From: Raillietiella orientalis
Lineage: Eukaryota
DNA: 64,000 nucleotides
Assembly: GCA_036172245.1 (NCBI GenBank)
Contig: JAYWIR010000008.1
Coordinates: 124,001 to 188,000 of the forward strand
Direction of reading: 5' to 3'
Both the position numbers and the translations under genes were made by a program. The stretch's first letter is position 1; each line of letters begins with the position of its first letter. Of this stretch, positions 10,824-25,600 are shown in pieces. The notes beneath the pieces are model-generated. The model saw only the letters and a list, made by a program, of their open reading frames with translations. It had not been told where the DNA came from and ran no database searches.

Positions 10824-13070
10824 CGCAGGTCACCCAATGGAGGCCAATCTCAATCCTTAACTCGGATGCCAAGTGGTTGGCAAAGATCTGGACCAACCGC
10901 TTAGGCAAGGTTATGTCGAGGCTGATTTCTCCCGTCCAGACATGTGCGGTACCCGGACGCCACATGTCGGACAATATTAAGTGCGCGCAGGCTACCGTGG
11001 GACTTAGCCGATACGTCGGCGAGAACCTGGTGCTGGCGTTCACCGACATGGAGAAAGCCTTCGACACCATCGACCATGGGATGCTGCTGAAGATTCTGGA
11101 AAAGCTAGGACTTCCGGAATACTTCAGCACCTTCGTGGAAATGATCCTCCAGAATCAAAGTTTCCGGATAAAGATCAACGGTATGGAAACAGCAGCTATT
11201 CGAATGGAACGAGGAGTTCGGCAAGGCGACTCGCTAAGTCCGATGCTGTTTTTTATCTACATGGAGGCGCTCTCTTCATTCATTGAGAAGAGTGGGCGAC
11301 TACAAGGGATGGATATTGACAACCAGAAGCTCACCCATCTCGCCTAAGCGGATGATCTTTCCTTCTTCATCAGGGGAAAGAGGGATCAGCAAGCGTTTTT
11401 GGATGTGGTGATGCTCATGAAACAGGGACTGGGCCTGAAGATCAACGCCCAGATGAGCCAGCTTTTGCCCGTCGGAATCCTGGACCTCTCCGCTCTCACG
11501 GGGAGAGAATTTCTAACGGTGGACATGGCCAAGTCTCTGGGAGTCTACATTGGCGACGACTCTGCGTCGAAGCTACTGTGGAAGGAAATCCTGGGGAAAA
11601 CGGCAGAAGAAGCAGCGAAATACACCCAACTGGGTTTTGGCATGAAGCGAAGGGCCAACCTATGGAATGGAGTCCTCCTTCCAAAGGTACTCTTCGGAAC
11701 GGCCTTCGACAAGTTGAACAAAGAAAGCACCAGAGAAGTGGAAAAGCTGCAGAGAAAGACATTGTGGGGACACTATCGCCCAAGAGTCCGGTTGAAACAA
11801 CTGTCCAGGGAAGAAGGCGGTTCCGGGATGAAGTCGCCTGCACACTCCATGGAAATCATGGATACGCGACACATACTGGACATAGCCACCCGCTGGGATG
11901 ACTGGCCGTATGCAGCACACAGGGCCTACGCGTTGTTGTTGAACAACTCGAAAGGCCTGATGACTGCGCTGCTAGGCCGAACAGGGGAATGGTGAACCAT
12001 CGACCCCACCTGGACAAGAAAGCAAAGGCTAGTGCGAAAGCACAAGATAAAAATCGTGCCTAAAAGTAGGGAACTCTGGCAGGAGGAGTCCATCCTGGTG
12101 ATCCCATGGATGCTTCCGGTCTCCCAAGACACGAGAAGCTGGATCTACCAGCGGTCCAGAGTTACCCTACAACGCATCCGGGAGTTCAGAAGAGGAGGAT
12201 ACCCACATTACACTCGTATACTTCGGTATATAGAGATGATGGTGGGTAGGTTCACCCATATGACCCGCGAAGTGTGGATCAACCACGATGACCTCGCGTG
12301 GTCCAGGGTAACCAAGGTGAACCTCCGAAGAATGATTAAGGATGAGGACCAAGACACCAGTGCCCTCCAAGAAGCCGCCGATCGCTGCGGGAGTAACTGT
12401 TTTAACCTGTTGGCGATTGGCACGACACTCTGGAGGAGTGACCTTCCGCCGGACTCTCTGGACGACCTCCTGATGTTCTATCATGGAGGAATCCAGAGCA
12501 GGTCCAGGCTCAAGCACTTCACCGGAAGACGGGCAGATGAAGACTGCACGGCATGTGGAGACATCGATACGAGACTTCAAGTCTTGAGGTGTCCCACTTT
12601 GCTACGCGACTGGCTGATCCTGAAAAGGATCATAGAACAAAACAACAAGTCCGTGATGGAAATCCTCGCCGGGATGTTTCAGGGAGATGGTAATGTTCGC
12701 TGTTACAATCCCATGGTGAGGACGACCATTGCCCTCTTCATCACCGCCATACTTGTGCGGTGGTGGAAGATGAGGAAAGCCAGGAGAACCGGAACCCCCA
12801 TGGAGATCCTACAAGGACTCATCCGGAAGGAGATCGGTATCAGGAACTGTGGACGACTCCAAGCCTGGACGTACCGATTCATCCTGAAGAGTATTGAGGA
12901 CGACTCCCGGGACCAAACAGCTGGAAACCCACCCTGAGTGCAGAACTTTAAATAACCCAAAGGACCTTCAAGTGAAAGTGGCATTGTATTGTGTGAATGG
13001 AAATTGTAGTATGAATGCTTAAAAATTGAAAAATAAATTTACTCCACCCCTTGTGGGACTTGGGGAAAAT
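10824..13070 (+). mobile_element. 5'-truncated L1/Tx1-like non-LTR retrotransposon (RT plus C-terminal zinc knuckle), inactivated by two nonsense mutations
   Basis: One reading frame from about 10826 to 12937 (track ORFs 10877, 11399 and 12032 share a frame): WRPISILNSDAKWLAKI, DMEKAFDTIDH, GVRQGDSLSPMLF, LA*ADD (stop at the Y of YADD), KSLGVYI, EEGGSGM, CTACGDIDTRLQVLRC. It is GC-richer than the flanks, has a short 3' UTR with AATAAA, and is bounded by a TGTGACACA direct repeat. Confidence 0.9.
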
Positions 13071-13079
13071 TGTGACACA
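13071..13079 (+). repeat. Target-site duplication, right copy (TGTGACACA)
   Basis: Matches 10815-10823 and follows the element's 3' end (...GGGGAAAAT). Confidence 0.7.
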
Positions 13080-16000
13080 TTAGCACGCTGCTACTACTTC
13101 GTAAGTGTCCTGTTGGCTGAATTTTTGAATCTTGCAAGTCCAATGTCTTAAAACTAGCTTCAGTTAAAACACACAAGGGGTTGCATGCCTGGCCTCTGAA
13201 AACGCGACTAATATTTGGACACGGTGGCACATTCACTGGGAAAAAAAAAAAAAATTCATACACAAAAAAATCACTGAAATCTCATTCAGGTTCTTAAAAT
13301 GAAATTCCAAAGAGTTTTGAAGAAATATTTTAGTCTTGAATGTTTTTCCGTTGTCGACAAACTAAGGACAGTTATTTACGGTACTGCAAAGACTATATAA
13401 GTTTGCATCTTGTAAAATGATTCGTTCCTTTATGAACTAAAAGTTTTTTTCACAAGACTTAATTAACTGCAGAGATGGAAAACGGAAGGAGGAAAAATCG
13501 TTGACATTGTCTGGGGAACTCTGAAATTATTTTTATCATCCAAAAATTTTTTAATCACGGGAATTTTTGATGACGACGCGGGAGCACATGGGAATCATTG
13601 TCAAACTAGTCCAAAACAAATTTTGGTTGAAAATGAGCAAACGCCTGCTGCAAGCGCTGTATTGCTTAAGCAACTGCACTTGAAACTTCATTTCAGTCAT
13701 TGACCATCATATTCACCGACACCTAGGCGAACCTGGAATTGACACGAAATTCCTTGCGAACCCCCACATGAGAGTTACATTCCTGATATCCCTTAGGTTA
13801 TGAAATGCTGATCCTGTAATTCATTGTCATCCAGTATACTGTTCATATGAATGTCTCATTTTGTTAATTTTACAAGAATATTTAATGTCTAGTGTGTTGT
13901 GAAAACTAGCCTTTTTAATATTCACACAAATTGTTTAGCACGGTGCTAAGTAACAGCATTTGAAAATGCCTTTTCCCATTAGTTAATATGAGTTGCATCC
14001 TTAATAGGAATTCTAGTCATAACACCAGTTGATGTTATTTGTCTTTCCAAACAGCTTTCATTACCTGCTTGTAGATGTATGAGCTACTTCTGTCTTCATA
14101 ATCTGGCGATCATTACACATCTCTGAAGTAACAAAAGCTAAAGGGTTGATTCAGACAAATGCAATATTGGTACTTTGTTCTTCGAGTTCACCATTCGGGT
14201 GAGCACTCGAAGCATTCTGAATAACATGGGATCTTTTTGTTAATAGTCCATTCACAAAAGAAACTATCCATGCATGCACAGAATTTGCTGTTATTGCATT
14301 TCAAACTCACTTCAAATGATATTACTGAAACAGGAAATAGTTTCTCAAATTTATAAAATCGGCATTTTAAGTCTCTGCAAACTAAACTTAACAAAGGCAG
14401 TATGTAGCCTTTGTACTTTTAGTATGAGCAGCTGATGAAACTCACTTCTTAGTTTGGAAATGTGTTTCTTTAAGTAAACATGATTTTCCAAATCATTGCA
14501 ACTACAAATTCTTTGCTTCACATGATTCCAGTTTCATTTGATGTGACAACAGAAACATGGCAGAGCAACAATATCTCGCTTTTTAAAATGCTATCCATTT
14601 GCCAGGATTTTTTGCCTGATGTTTTTTTGCAATCTCACAATAAGCTGAAAACTTTACATTTGATATTTGTAATCTGTGTTTTGAATGAGAAAGATGTAAG
14701 TCTTTTGTAATTTGAGTATTTGATTTTTTTTTTTTTTAATGACAATGCTATCAAAATAAAGTCAAAGATTACAAAATAGAGAAACAGTATTTACATTCTA
14801 ATTTCACTTTGCAGGAACAAATTGATATTCCACATCATAAATGCCTACAGGAAGTTTTGCTATCTCATCATAATCAGACCATTCCATGTCCGTGAGATTC
14901 ACATCAAATATGCTGTCACTTTCTGGGCATACTGCTTTCCAACCTATCTTTATTAAAGAATCCCATATCAGTTTTTTTTTGGGGAAAAAAAAATTTATTC
15001 ATAAAACTTAAACAAAAAAAAAAAAAAAAAGGTACAATGTTTTTCATGGTTTACTTACTCGGGGTGAAAAGTCGATCACTTCCAAACCCCTACAGTCAAA
15101 CATTACCACAGTTTGAAATCTGCCACTCTCCTTTACAGGTGAGACAGAGTTACCAATAATAGCTAATTCACTATGACATTAAGGTCTCCATTGATTTCAA
15201 GGAAACTTACAAAGAGAATTTTCTCTGCTGCAAAGTTTACATCTAGTCACAAGATTTGCATTACCTTTGCTTCCTTTCAACGGTACAGTTTCTTCAACAC
15301 TAACATATTGTAACTGCTCATATTGCTCTCCACAATTAACACATTTCAGCTATCGCGGACGAAGGATAAACGTGGCCGAAGTTATTACTCACCTTAAGAT
15401 ACCAACGAAAATCTTCACCTTCGGGATAAACTGCTGAAATATTTTCCAGCGTTAATTTCATTTGAAGAGCTATTTTCTGGGATATTATTGGAATATGAAC
15501 AAACACTTAGACAACAAATTTGTACCATTATGAACTTTATTTACTTCAAAAATCCCAATTTTTTCCCGCGTACAAGTGTATGTCCAAGTTTCTAGATCTC
15601 AAGGCACACATCCATTGCTCATGTTCCTAGAAGATATCCTTGTGATCGCAGAACGCAATACTTCGAAATGGAAAATTACCTCAAACATATGTTTCCCACT
15701 GGAACACAAACAGTCTCAGCAAAATCAGGAACGCACCTTGGAGAACGCAAAAGTGAACGCAGCACCAACCGATTCGAAGCCGTGGTAGGAACGATCTCTG
15801 ACGCGCAGCAGCTCACGCGCTCACGTGAAACTCAAGATGCCCACTTGCGAAACCATTTATCTTGAACCATTTACTATGAAAGGAGTAAATACGATTCCCT
15901 GGTTGCGTTCCGGTTGATCACGGCGATTTTATCGGGTGATTTTTCCAAGGCAGCCTTCATTGTGGAATCTGAACCGAGTTTCATGCCTTACGAACGTCAA

Positions 16001-16633
16001 CATGCAGCCTGACACGGACCTGGTGCTCACAACAGCGTGTCATAGCGATTGAAGACGCTTACATACTTCTGGTTACTGAATTGTAATGCATAAAAAGAAG
16101 ATAGCATAGTCAAAAAAAAAAGAGGGCCGACGAAAGTGAAGAGCGGTATATGACAGAGGTGAATCTTTTGAAATGCTAGTAGTAACGTTTCGAAACACGT
16201 TTCGACTCTCCCTCTGCGCACGTAGGCCATGATACCAAAGCAGAGACGTACTTTTCGCTATACCGTACACCAGAAGCAATCTGCGAGGAAGAATTTGGTG
16301 CTCTCAGGCAGCTGAGTACGCGGAGAGAGACAGAGCCCATCAAGAGAAGCGATGTCTCTCGGATTGCCAGAGGGAATGCATATGCGAATTGCTCCCAAAA
16401 GTGCACAGTGCTCAGCTCGAAACCAAGCACGTGCTTTGTCCTAATTTTAATTTTACTCACTTATCCGCTTTCATCCACGTTTACCGAACATACCGGGAAC
16501 CTTTAAAAGGGGCCAAAGATTCTCACTGCTTTCCACCTGTCTTGCCGATGTGCGAACTTCGCCAGCATCTTCCTGTGTAAAAACACTCCGAAACATTCGA
16601 ACAAAATTCCTTTCAAGTATATATTGAACACAT

Positions 16634-16639
16634 TTTATT
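16634..16639 (-). promoter_or_regulatory. Candidate polyadenylation signal (AATAAA) of UBR4
   Basis: AATAAA on the minus strand about 45 nt downstream of the UBR4 stop codon. Confidence 0.45.
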
Positions 16640-16684
16640 GGATTCCACAACTGAGGATTTTTTTTTTCCTTTTTTTGTTTTTTT

Positions 16685-19600
16685 TCAAGGCGTATCGCTT
16701 AACAAATTGTTCAGGAAGTTTTCGGGATCTGCTTCCACGTCCGGTCCTAACTCCAGTAGCTTTATCATTTCGGAAAAGTCGCACACGGCAATGAGATTCT
16801 GCCAAACTGTGATCATCTTCTCCGAACCTTTTGCCAAGGCCTCGCTGTTGTACCGTATGTAATTGGCTAGAGCTGCGGACCAAGAGCTCTCCTCAATGGG
16901 AAATTGCACACTTTTAAACATGACGGAATACAGCGCATCTACCAGGCCCCAGAACACGAACACGTATTTGTAAACCTCATACGGGGCGGGAGATCTGTCC
17001 ACCAAAGTTGCTGCACCCGCTGGCAGGGAGTGACGCGCATGAGCTAGTAATAACAGGCGCTTCAGATGCAAGCCACGGTACTTAATCCATTTCGATGGTG
17101 GGTGCACAAACACTGAAAGCACAGTCATATACAGCGGGCCTTCAGCTTCCCAGCTTCTTTTTATCCACTTGTCGGATGACTCTTCCAAGTACGAAATCAA
17201 GTTTTTGTCTTCCTTGGTGAAAGAACGGGTAGCGTTGATCACATACAATGCGATGTTGAGAAGATACGGGGAGAAATGCATATTCGACTGTGGGCCGCCG
17301 CCGCCCGAATCTTCACTGAATGATTTTTCCTGCGCAAACCGAAGCAGAAGAAGCTTGAAGTCGTGAATGCTGGACACGTAACCTATGTCACGGTGCCCTG
17401 TCGCTTCTTGAATACAGGTGTTGTGCCTGGCCAGGCACGTGGCGAATGAGGACTCGGGAACCTGCGGTCCCCACATTGGTAGCAAACCATTACACCGCGT
17501 ATTTGCATTCTGCAGCACTGCGGACTCCCACTCATCTCGAGATCGGGCTAATCGTATGGCAGCTAAATGACAGTCCATGTGAACGATGTTGAAGTGAGAT
17601 ACAGTACTGTACGCCATGGTCAGGCGGCTACGGGTCTCGAATTCGTCTGCCTGCGTTCGTTTTGTATAAGTGTATATACTCAGCACTTTAGTTGGTTGAA
17701 AACGATAGCCTTCTCGGCAAATGACACAAGTCAGTCCAGTTTCTTCCCCTAGGTCACTTGCCATCTGTTCTAGGAATGCACTCTGCACATGAACTTGACC
17801 TCTTTCATCAGCACTCATTCCCAGTTGACAAAGTTGCTTCTTACGCATCGCCATGGCCATTTTTTTCTTTTCCACGCGAGTCTGACGTCTCACGTCCTCA
17901 ATACACTGCGACAATTCCGAATACGATTTCAAAACTTCCAACAGATTTTCCGCCAAGGAACCGACATGCTGATCACTAGACATGTGTTCCAAACGGTGCA
18001 CGATTGGAATTACATCCTTTATAAGTGCCAGGTGGAACATGTCCAAGTCTACCAATAATCCTGTTAACAATCTAAGTACGTAACATAGACTGGCACGATT
18101 TGCAAATTCTTTCCACAGATCAACATCGGATTGGCCTGAGGCACTGCGGAGAGATGGTGCATAAACCTGAATATATTCGAGTGCTCTCTGTACGAATCCT
18201 GCAGTTTGAAAACGTTCTCGTAACTGACGACAGACAACGTTTTTTTCCAAGTTCTGCACCAATAAGCACAACTGCTCCAACTAAAAGGCAAACGTACAAG
18301 GAAAACCAAATGAATGAAGTCAGGCGCGGTTACCTTGTCTGTCTCTTGAGCTGTCCTCGACTGGTCATAGTTCTTAAATTCCAGGGAGGAAAGAAAGTAT
18401 TCGCAAAGCAACGTTAGCTTTGTTATGCTGCCTAAAGAAAGAAGGGGAAGGATACGCATGAAACGGTGGATCAGTTGTGGTTGAAAGTTGATGCTTCTAA
18501 GTTGTAACAGTAACCACTGAATATCATCTGGATGACCGCAGGTGTTACTGAACGTACTATAAAATTCGCTTCCACAATACGAAGCTTCCACCAAGATAGT
18601 TTCCATGATCTAAAAGCGTAGTTTCGATAATCAAGAAGACATTCAACAGCATCCTAACCTCCAGAAGCTGTTCCAAAATGGCTGTGTTGTCTGCCAAACT
18701 CGACTGTATACAAAGCTTTAACGAGCGCAGCATTACGGAGACAGCATTCATATTGGGATTTACTAACTGCTGCACATTGGCTTTGGTATTCATACAGAAA
18801 CTTAAAAGCCGCAGCAAAACAAGCATAAGTGGTTTTCCTTTTATCAAATCCTGAATGGCCCCTAGGCGTTCCAGGATCACTTCAAGACCACCACATTCAC
18901 ACATGACATTCGCCATGCGAAATACTTCCTCGTTGTCTACTTGGCGTGCGTTTTTTTCATCTAACCGTTCTATTATGTCTTCTGTTGCATCACCCAGTAA
19001 TCCTCGCATCCGATAAATCACACGCATAGCTTCTGAATCGGGATTATCAACCAGCCACACTTTTTTGTAAACCTACAAGATTGTTAGTGTAAGGAATTCT
19101 GTTGGTTATTTTACCTCTTTAACCGGAAGATCTAAGCTAATTATTTTATTGCACACCAACAATTCCATTCCAGTGTCATCTTCTAATAATGCCACAAGTT
19201 CACAGTCTCGGCAGATTTTGTTTTTAATATCTTTCATAAGTGGGCCGATTCCGGGGTCAAGACTACTATATGGGTTTGCAAGCATGCGGCCCTATAGATA
19301 CATACATTCACTGAAAAAATTCAGAACTTGCTTTACCTGAAGAAAATCCTCTTGCTGAGGATCCTTTTCTAACAGAAGAAAAAATTCACCGACGTCATTC
19401 TCCTCCGGGTATATTAGTGAGCACAGCCTTTCAAATATAAACACTGGTGTGCGGAAATCACTTAATGCATACTGCTGTACGGTCTGTACACAAATGGCCA
19501 TAAAGGCTTTGGTCTCTGCTTCTGTGCCAGTAGTCATGTCTTCTAGCAATGCCAATAAATGACTCTGTGTATCATCAATCAGTTTGGTTCGTTGTACCAC

Positions 19601-22600
19601 CAGCTTCTTAAGAGAAAGATAGCCATTGAGAATGGTGGCTACAAGGCGGCTTTTATACTGGGTACGGATATTCTGAACTTCCACAAAGTTTGCCAAAAGT
19701 TCAGTTAAAGCCTTGAGAGCATATCCTGAACCAACAAAAGTCAGTGCTTCCGAATATATGTAACGCTTACCTTGTGACAGACCAGATCCAAAACTAGTTT
19801 CCTCCAGATTGATAAGATTATCAATTTCTTTAGCAATAAGCTTTCCCAAGAGGGAAAGCACCCCTCGAGAAACCAGATAATACTTCCAAGATTCTTGGGA
19901 AACTAAAGCTTGATAAAGACTTAGGAACTCGGAGGAATTTTCGCCCGCAGTCCCCAAATCATTCAAAAATGCAGTCAACATATTGATTAGCTGTATAAAA
20001 AGCTCAAATTGTTCTTTAGTCATTTAACAGACCTCTTTTTTCCAAAACGGAGAGCAGCAAATCTTTTCCACGATGCTTGCCACAGTTTGGCGAACCAAAC
20101 GGCAGGAAGGATCAAACAACAACCTGCGAATCCAATTTGAATCTTTAATTTTTACTTCACATCTATGACCAAAAACTATATTATGCCACCTACGACCATA
20201 CTTCTCCGATAGAAATCGAATTCTCTGGTCAGTCTAATCAACACTTTCAGCCAATTGTAACATTTAATTGAAGACTTACTCTGTTTTTTTTTAGCTGTTT
20301 GCCAGCATCAAGTTTTCGTGGCATCTGTTTTTTCCATACATTATAGCTGTGTTTACTATTCCCCAGCATCCAAGCATATGGATCCACATGCAAAAACTGC
20401 TCCATAGTTTCTACAGTTGCCAAACTGATCAGATGCTTGCCCTAGTGAGGCTGTAAATTATGAATTGCATTCAAGGATAATACCTTATATTTTTTGGATT
20501 GTACTGCCTTTGACTGCAATAAAGATTGAAGAATCTGTAGACAGGGAAGTATTATACTCTCCATTACAACGGGAGTTTGTGGTTCCATACATACCATCAT
20601 GAAAAGGCGGAAAACATACCTGAAATGACGTATAAAAGTGTTAGGAATTCATATTTACCTCAAGGTTTGCTCCCAGCAAGAATCTTCTTTCTGCATGGAA
20701 AATGCCAAAAGATTCATTTCATTGCGAACGGCAGATACTAGTAGTGTTGAAGTGCGATGTGTGCGTAGTGCAAGCAGCACATGCTGGATCACCATTATGT
20801 TCAATTCCTCTGTAGCCTTTGGATTATCTTTGATCAAAAGACATAAAAGCTGTTGTACTTCAGTGTGTGTCTAGAATTAAAAATCATAATACTCTCATTA
20901 CTGAAACTCATGCTTACCTGCTGAAATGAATGTCGAAGATTGTGTTCCATCAAATTCTTCAGAAAGGCACCATCTTCACATAAAATGCCACGTGCAGCAG
21001 GTAAAGTAGCCAGTGCCCGAAGAAGAGTTATGCAATGCGAAGTAGCTGCCATGGCACATCCATAACAGTTATTTATTCGAAATATCTCCTTAGATGATGA
21101 GCCTGCCTTCTGGTTAGAGCAACTGGAAGGATCTTCTTGGATACTATCATATGTTAACAATCCTTGACGTGATACTAATACTTTCTAAGCAGCCATAAAT
21201 GAAGTAGACTAAATGTAGAAGTGACAAAATAACAATACCTGGATTATTTTGCTCAATTCCTCAAAATTGGTTTTACAATCCCCACAATAGCGCTGCGAAA
21301 GTTGCTGGATAGTTTTGTTGACATGAGAACTTCCCATATCATCCCCAACTTTGTCTGATGACTGATCCAAAATTTTTCCAATCAACATCTACAATATTAT
21401 TCGAATGATAAATGTGCTGTTAAGATATTAACATACTTCTAAAATGCTTTTGTAACCCATCAACTGTTTACGCATTTTATCTGCTTTCTCAAGAAGTCCA
21501 TTTATATTGCCTACAGCTTTCTTGCGATCCTCTTCGCTTTCTATGGGGTCAACAGCACAACAAGGTCGTGCCAACAAGGTATAATCGAATTTAGCATATT
21601 TGCAGAAGCCACATGCATTACACAGAAAGGGATCCTTTTCATCATAGTTGATAGATCTACAAGAAACAGGCTTCACAAAACCAAAGCATTACACTCACCT
21701 GCATTTGTGACACTGAAATACATTCTCTCCACAATTGGAGCAGATGCCAGGGTTAGCAGGAACATATGCACTGCAGCGAGGGCACTGTAAAGTTTCAGGA
21801 GATGCCTGTAAGTTTTCAAAGAAATCCGCATATTCAATCATTAAATTGCAGGCAACAATGGGTAATGGGAACTCAATTTTCACTTCAACTTGACCGGCAA
21901 CCAAAACCACTTTTTTCGCTTTATTCCATAATGCTACCCAAAGAGAGAGAGAATACAAATTTGGCAATTAAAAGCAAGTTGCAATTACTTGCAAGATGTA
22001 AATCATAGTCACCTGGTTTATTTTTCAATTCAATAACTGCTTGCACTGTCCGGCTATTATAATAAATATTAATTACGCGGACCAATTTGGTTTGCTTTAT
22101 ATCTCCAATGCGCAGTGTTATTTTGCTTATCATGTGTGGGCTCACCAATTTCACGATCTGTGTGGTTGTAGTAAAACGAGAATCAACCTGCAAAGAACCA
22201 CAAGTCTTTTGCACATGTTTCTAATGTACATACTTTCACAGTTGACAACTTCATTGTATAATAGGGAACTTCAGGATTGTTGCAAACTAAGCAAGGATCA
22301 CCCTCCAAATAGTAGCCATCAAAATCTACTAGCATACAAAGATTGGAATATAGCATAGCGTTTGGGTGATTCAATAAGAGTTGATTCTGAGTTCTTAAAA
22401 CATATGTGGCCTTCTGGAGATGTTCTCGCAGCTGAGTATTTGCCAAGTAATGCCAAGTTGAGTTATCAGAAAATTTACCTGTTCTTCTCCCAAATTTGCT
22501 TTTATGGAACAGTATCCCAAAAGATCTACAAATTGTAGTGCTTTATGCCCATGAACTGCAATCTGCAGCCATAGTTTCCATAACAACTGCACTATATCTT

Positions 22601-25600
22601 TCTGAGTATCTTTAGAGCTGTAGCTAGATACATCCTGTATAACATCAGCTGAACATAAGTCTCACAAACCTGTAGATATTCAGAAACAGAGAGTACGCTT
22701 GCCAACGAACAGATGCTTGATTATTTTCTAGAAGGAAGTAATGCAAAAATTTTTCGAGAACATGAACGCTGACAGAATCAAATAATTGACATATTAATTC
22801 CTGAGACATATTTTTGTTCTCTTCTTTTTTGCTCATGGGCAAATTTTTCACATTTAGGCCAATTGTCTGCATCAAAATATCCTTCAACATCGAGGCAGTG
22901 ATAAATTATGAATAAACTTAAAATTCTCACCTCTGCAGGAACCTTACAGCCACATAAGGTCAAGTGCAACAGCTGGAGAAGTATAGGGCGAATTCCTTCA
23001 TCCAAAGAAAGACTTCCATGTATCAAAAAATGTAATACTGTTTTATCTTTGAGAGAAAATTTCTGCCAGTTGGCTGTTCGTGTTCCACCAATGTCCACAC
23101 ATGCTTTCAAGTGCTCAATTACTTCAATGAGACTGTTGTAAGGCAGATTCAGCTTAGTTATCAGGTCAACTGATTCTGTTGTAAGTTCCTTCAAACATAA
23201 AGATCTGACTTCCTAAAGCATTTATAAAAGATTCCTGTCAGATGCTGACTAATTCTCACTTTCAAATGTGACTCCAAGGCATGCATATCACGCAATTCTC
23301 TATAATATTCTTTGTTTCCACAAATAAGCAGGAGCAATTTGCGAACATGGCGCCTCAAAGACAAATTTTTTATCATCATGTACTCGCACAGATAGTATAA
23401 CCATGTCTAAAAAAATGGATGATTCAGAAAGCAACATTAGTTTGCAAAGTCTTTTAACCTGTTCAAAAACAGGAGGATCCATTAGTGATGTACCACTTGC
23501 AATCTTCTTAATCTGATATGGAATTCGCAGAAGAACTTCTGTAAGCAGCTCAGTATAAGTGTCAAATACGTCATACGGATGGCTCTTTATAAACTGCCAA
23601 TGGAAAAATGGATCCATATCTGGCAACGGAAATGAGGGATGTGGCTTTAAAAGAGAAGATCCCAATCCTGATTTTTCTTCTACGTGCTGATTTTTCCAAT
23701 GGCTATCAAGTAATGCTTTTAACAAAGTTAAGCAGTAAGGAATAATTCCTGAGGAAATAAGAGTTGCTGCTGTTAGCTGGGCACTGGAAGAAAACCCTTC
23801 TTGCTGATTTCTGCTAACGTGAGATCTACCCAACAGGATACTGAAGAAGCGCAATATATTCAAGTTGAACTCTCTCTCTAGAGTGCGAATAGCAATTTCA
23901 GTGGTATCTTTCTCATCCAGATTGAGCTCAGATAGGAGAGCATGCAAGATACTGACAAGACTATTTTTCTGTTCCTTTGTGTTGGGATTATCTGAGCTCA
24001 AAACGAACAAAACTTGGAACATTGGAATAGAGTGTACACCTCCAACTGTTTTGAATCTTGACACTTGCTTTAAAAATTCTTCCGTCAGTTTTGAATAAGA
24101 TGCAAGAAGGAATGGAAAAGAATTCTTCCCTGTTCCATTTTCTTCCTATTACACAAAATTAAGATCAAACAGTAAATGGGAGAAGCTGCAAAACACTTAT
24201 GAATACCTGGAAAGCACTTGTAGAGCTACCAAACACTACATTTGAAGGTGGCACATGCACATCACCTACACAAGAAAATTTAACAAATTTCGTGACTTGT
24301 AAATGTTGTTCACTGCATTTTTCACTTACAGGCAACGAATTCCCCAACGCTGCCTCCACTATCAGAGCCAGCACTCTCTGGCTGTTCAGCAGGAGAGGTT
24401 TGCAATGTACTGCCATTTGTAGCAACTGTAGAACCTTCTTCATCTGATAATCCAACATCATAAGATTCCTGTCTATTTACTACATCTGTTTCTAAATTCA
24501 CTTTTTTAAATCCCCTATAGGAACCCACTAACCTGAATTATTCTGCAAACTAAGAGCAATGGCCAATTCTACCATTGCTTCATCATCTGTATCATTATTC
24601 ACATTCTGACCTGGTGAAAATATATGACCCAGAAAGTCCAAGACGTTCTGATTACTGGGATCTGAGACAAAAAAAAATCGGACTTTTCAAGTGATCAAAT
24701 ACTCACCTGCACTCTGCACTGCTGTTCCTGTCTGTTCATTATCATGGGAGGTTTCACTCAACGAAACAGTGCTCTTTTTGCATCCACCACCTACATCTAC
24801 CTTTAAGTATTTGAACATACAAAACCAGACACTCACTAGAAGCACTAGAGGGAAGTGGACTAATGGTACGTTGGGTTTGTTTAATTTTTGGCTTCAATAA
24901 TCGAACCAGTTCATGTGCTGATGCAAAACTCACTTGCATGTCATCACAAATGAGCAAGCTAATCAACAAGTGCACTATCAATGCTGTGCAATCATGAGAA
25001 CAGAGCAAAAACGCAAACAAGATATCAGTAAGCGCCTGAATCTGTTCCTCAAGATGAGGAATACCTGAAACATTCGAACTCTACAGTATTCAACACATCA
25101 TAGTAAAGGATCTAACCATTCCTCCAAATTGGAGTAAGGAATAAGTTAGTTGGACGGGCTTGATATAAACGCCAAAACACATCCATCAATTGTGGCACAA
25201 ATTGAATGAACTTGGACTGGTCAGGAGGGCGAGAGTCTTTGGTGGCAGAGTCACACAATTGAATGTCTAATGAGAGATACAAACAGAATACCTGCAGCAC
25301 TGTTGGACTTATGGGCCAGAGAAGTGAATTTAATCAAATTGCATGGGCGAGCCACAGCTATGCTTCGAGTAATATTTAATATTTGATAAAAAAGTTCTGT
25401 ATCCATGACAAGCTCTGCTTTCTGGAGACATCGTACTACGTAAGACAACTGGCACGAATCCTAAAAATCATACTAACTTGGATTCACCAAGCTACAGTGC
25501 CTACTTTATGATTGTAATACGCTATTTTATTCGCATATACAGCAGCTAATAATGATCTAGCTGGATTTTGAATAGCTGGTGAATAGGGGAGAGTGAGTAA

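Noticed and set aside
15760..15850. GGCTTCGAATC on the minus strand, similar to a tRNA T-loop
   Set aside because: No cloverleaf stems or A-box around it.
20442..20483. UBR4 intron starting GTATTATCCTT, superficially U12-like
   Set aside because: ATCCTT is displaced from positions +3 to +8 and there is no TCCTTAAC branch site, so it was treated as U2-type.
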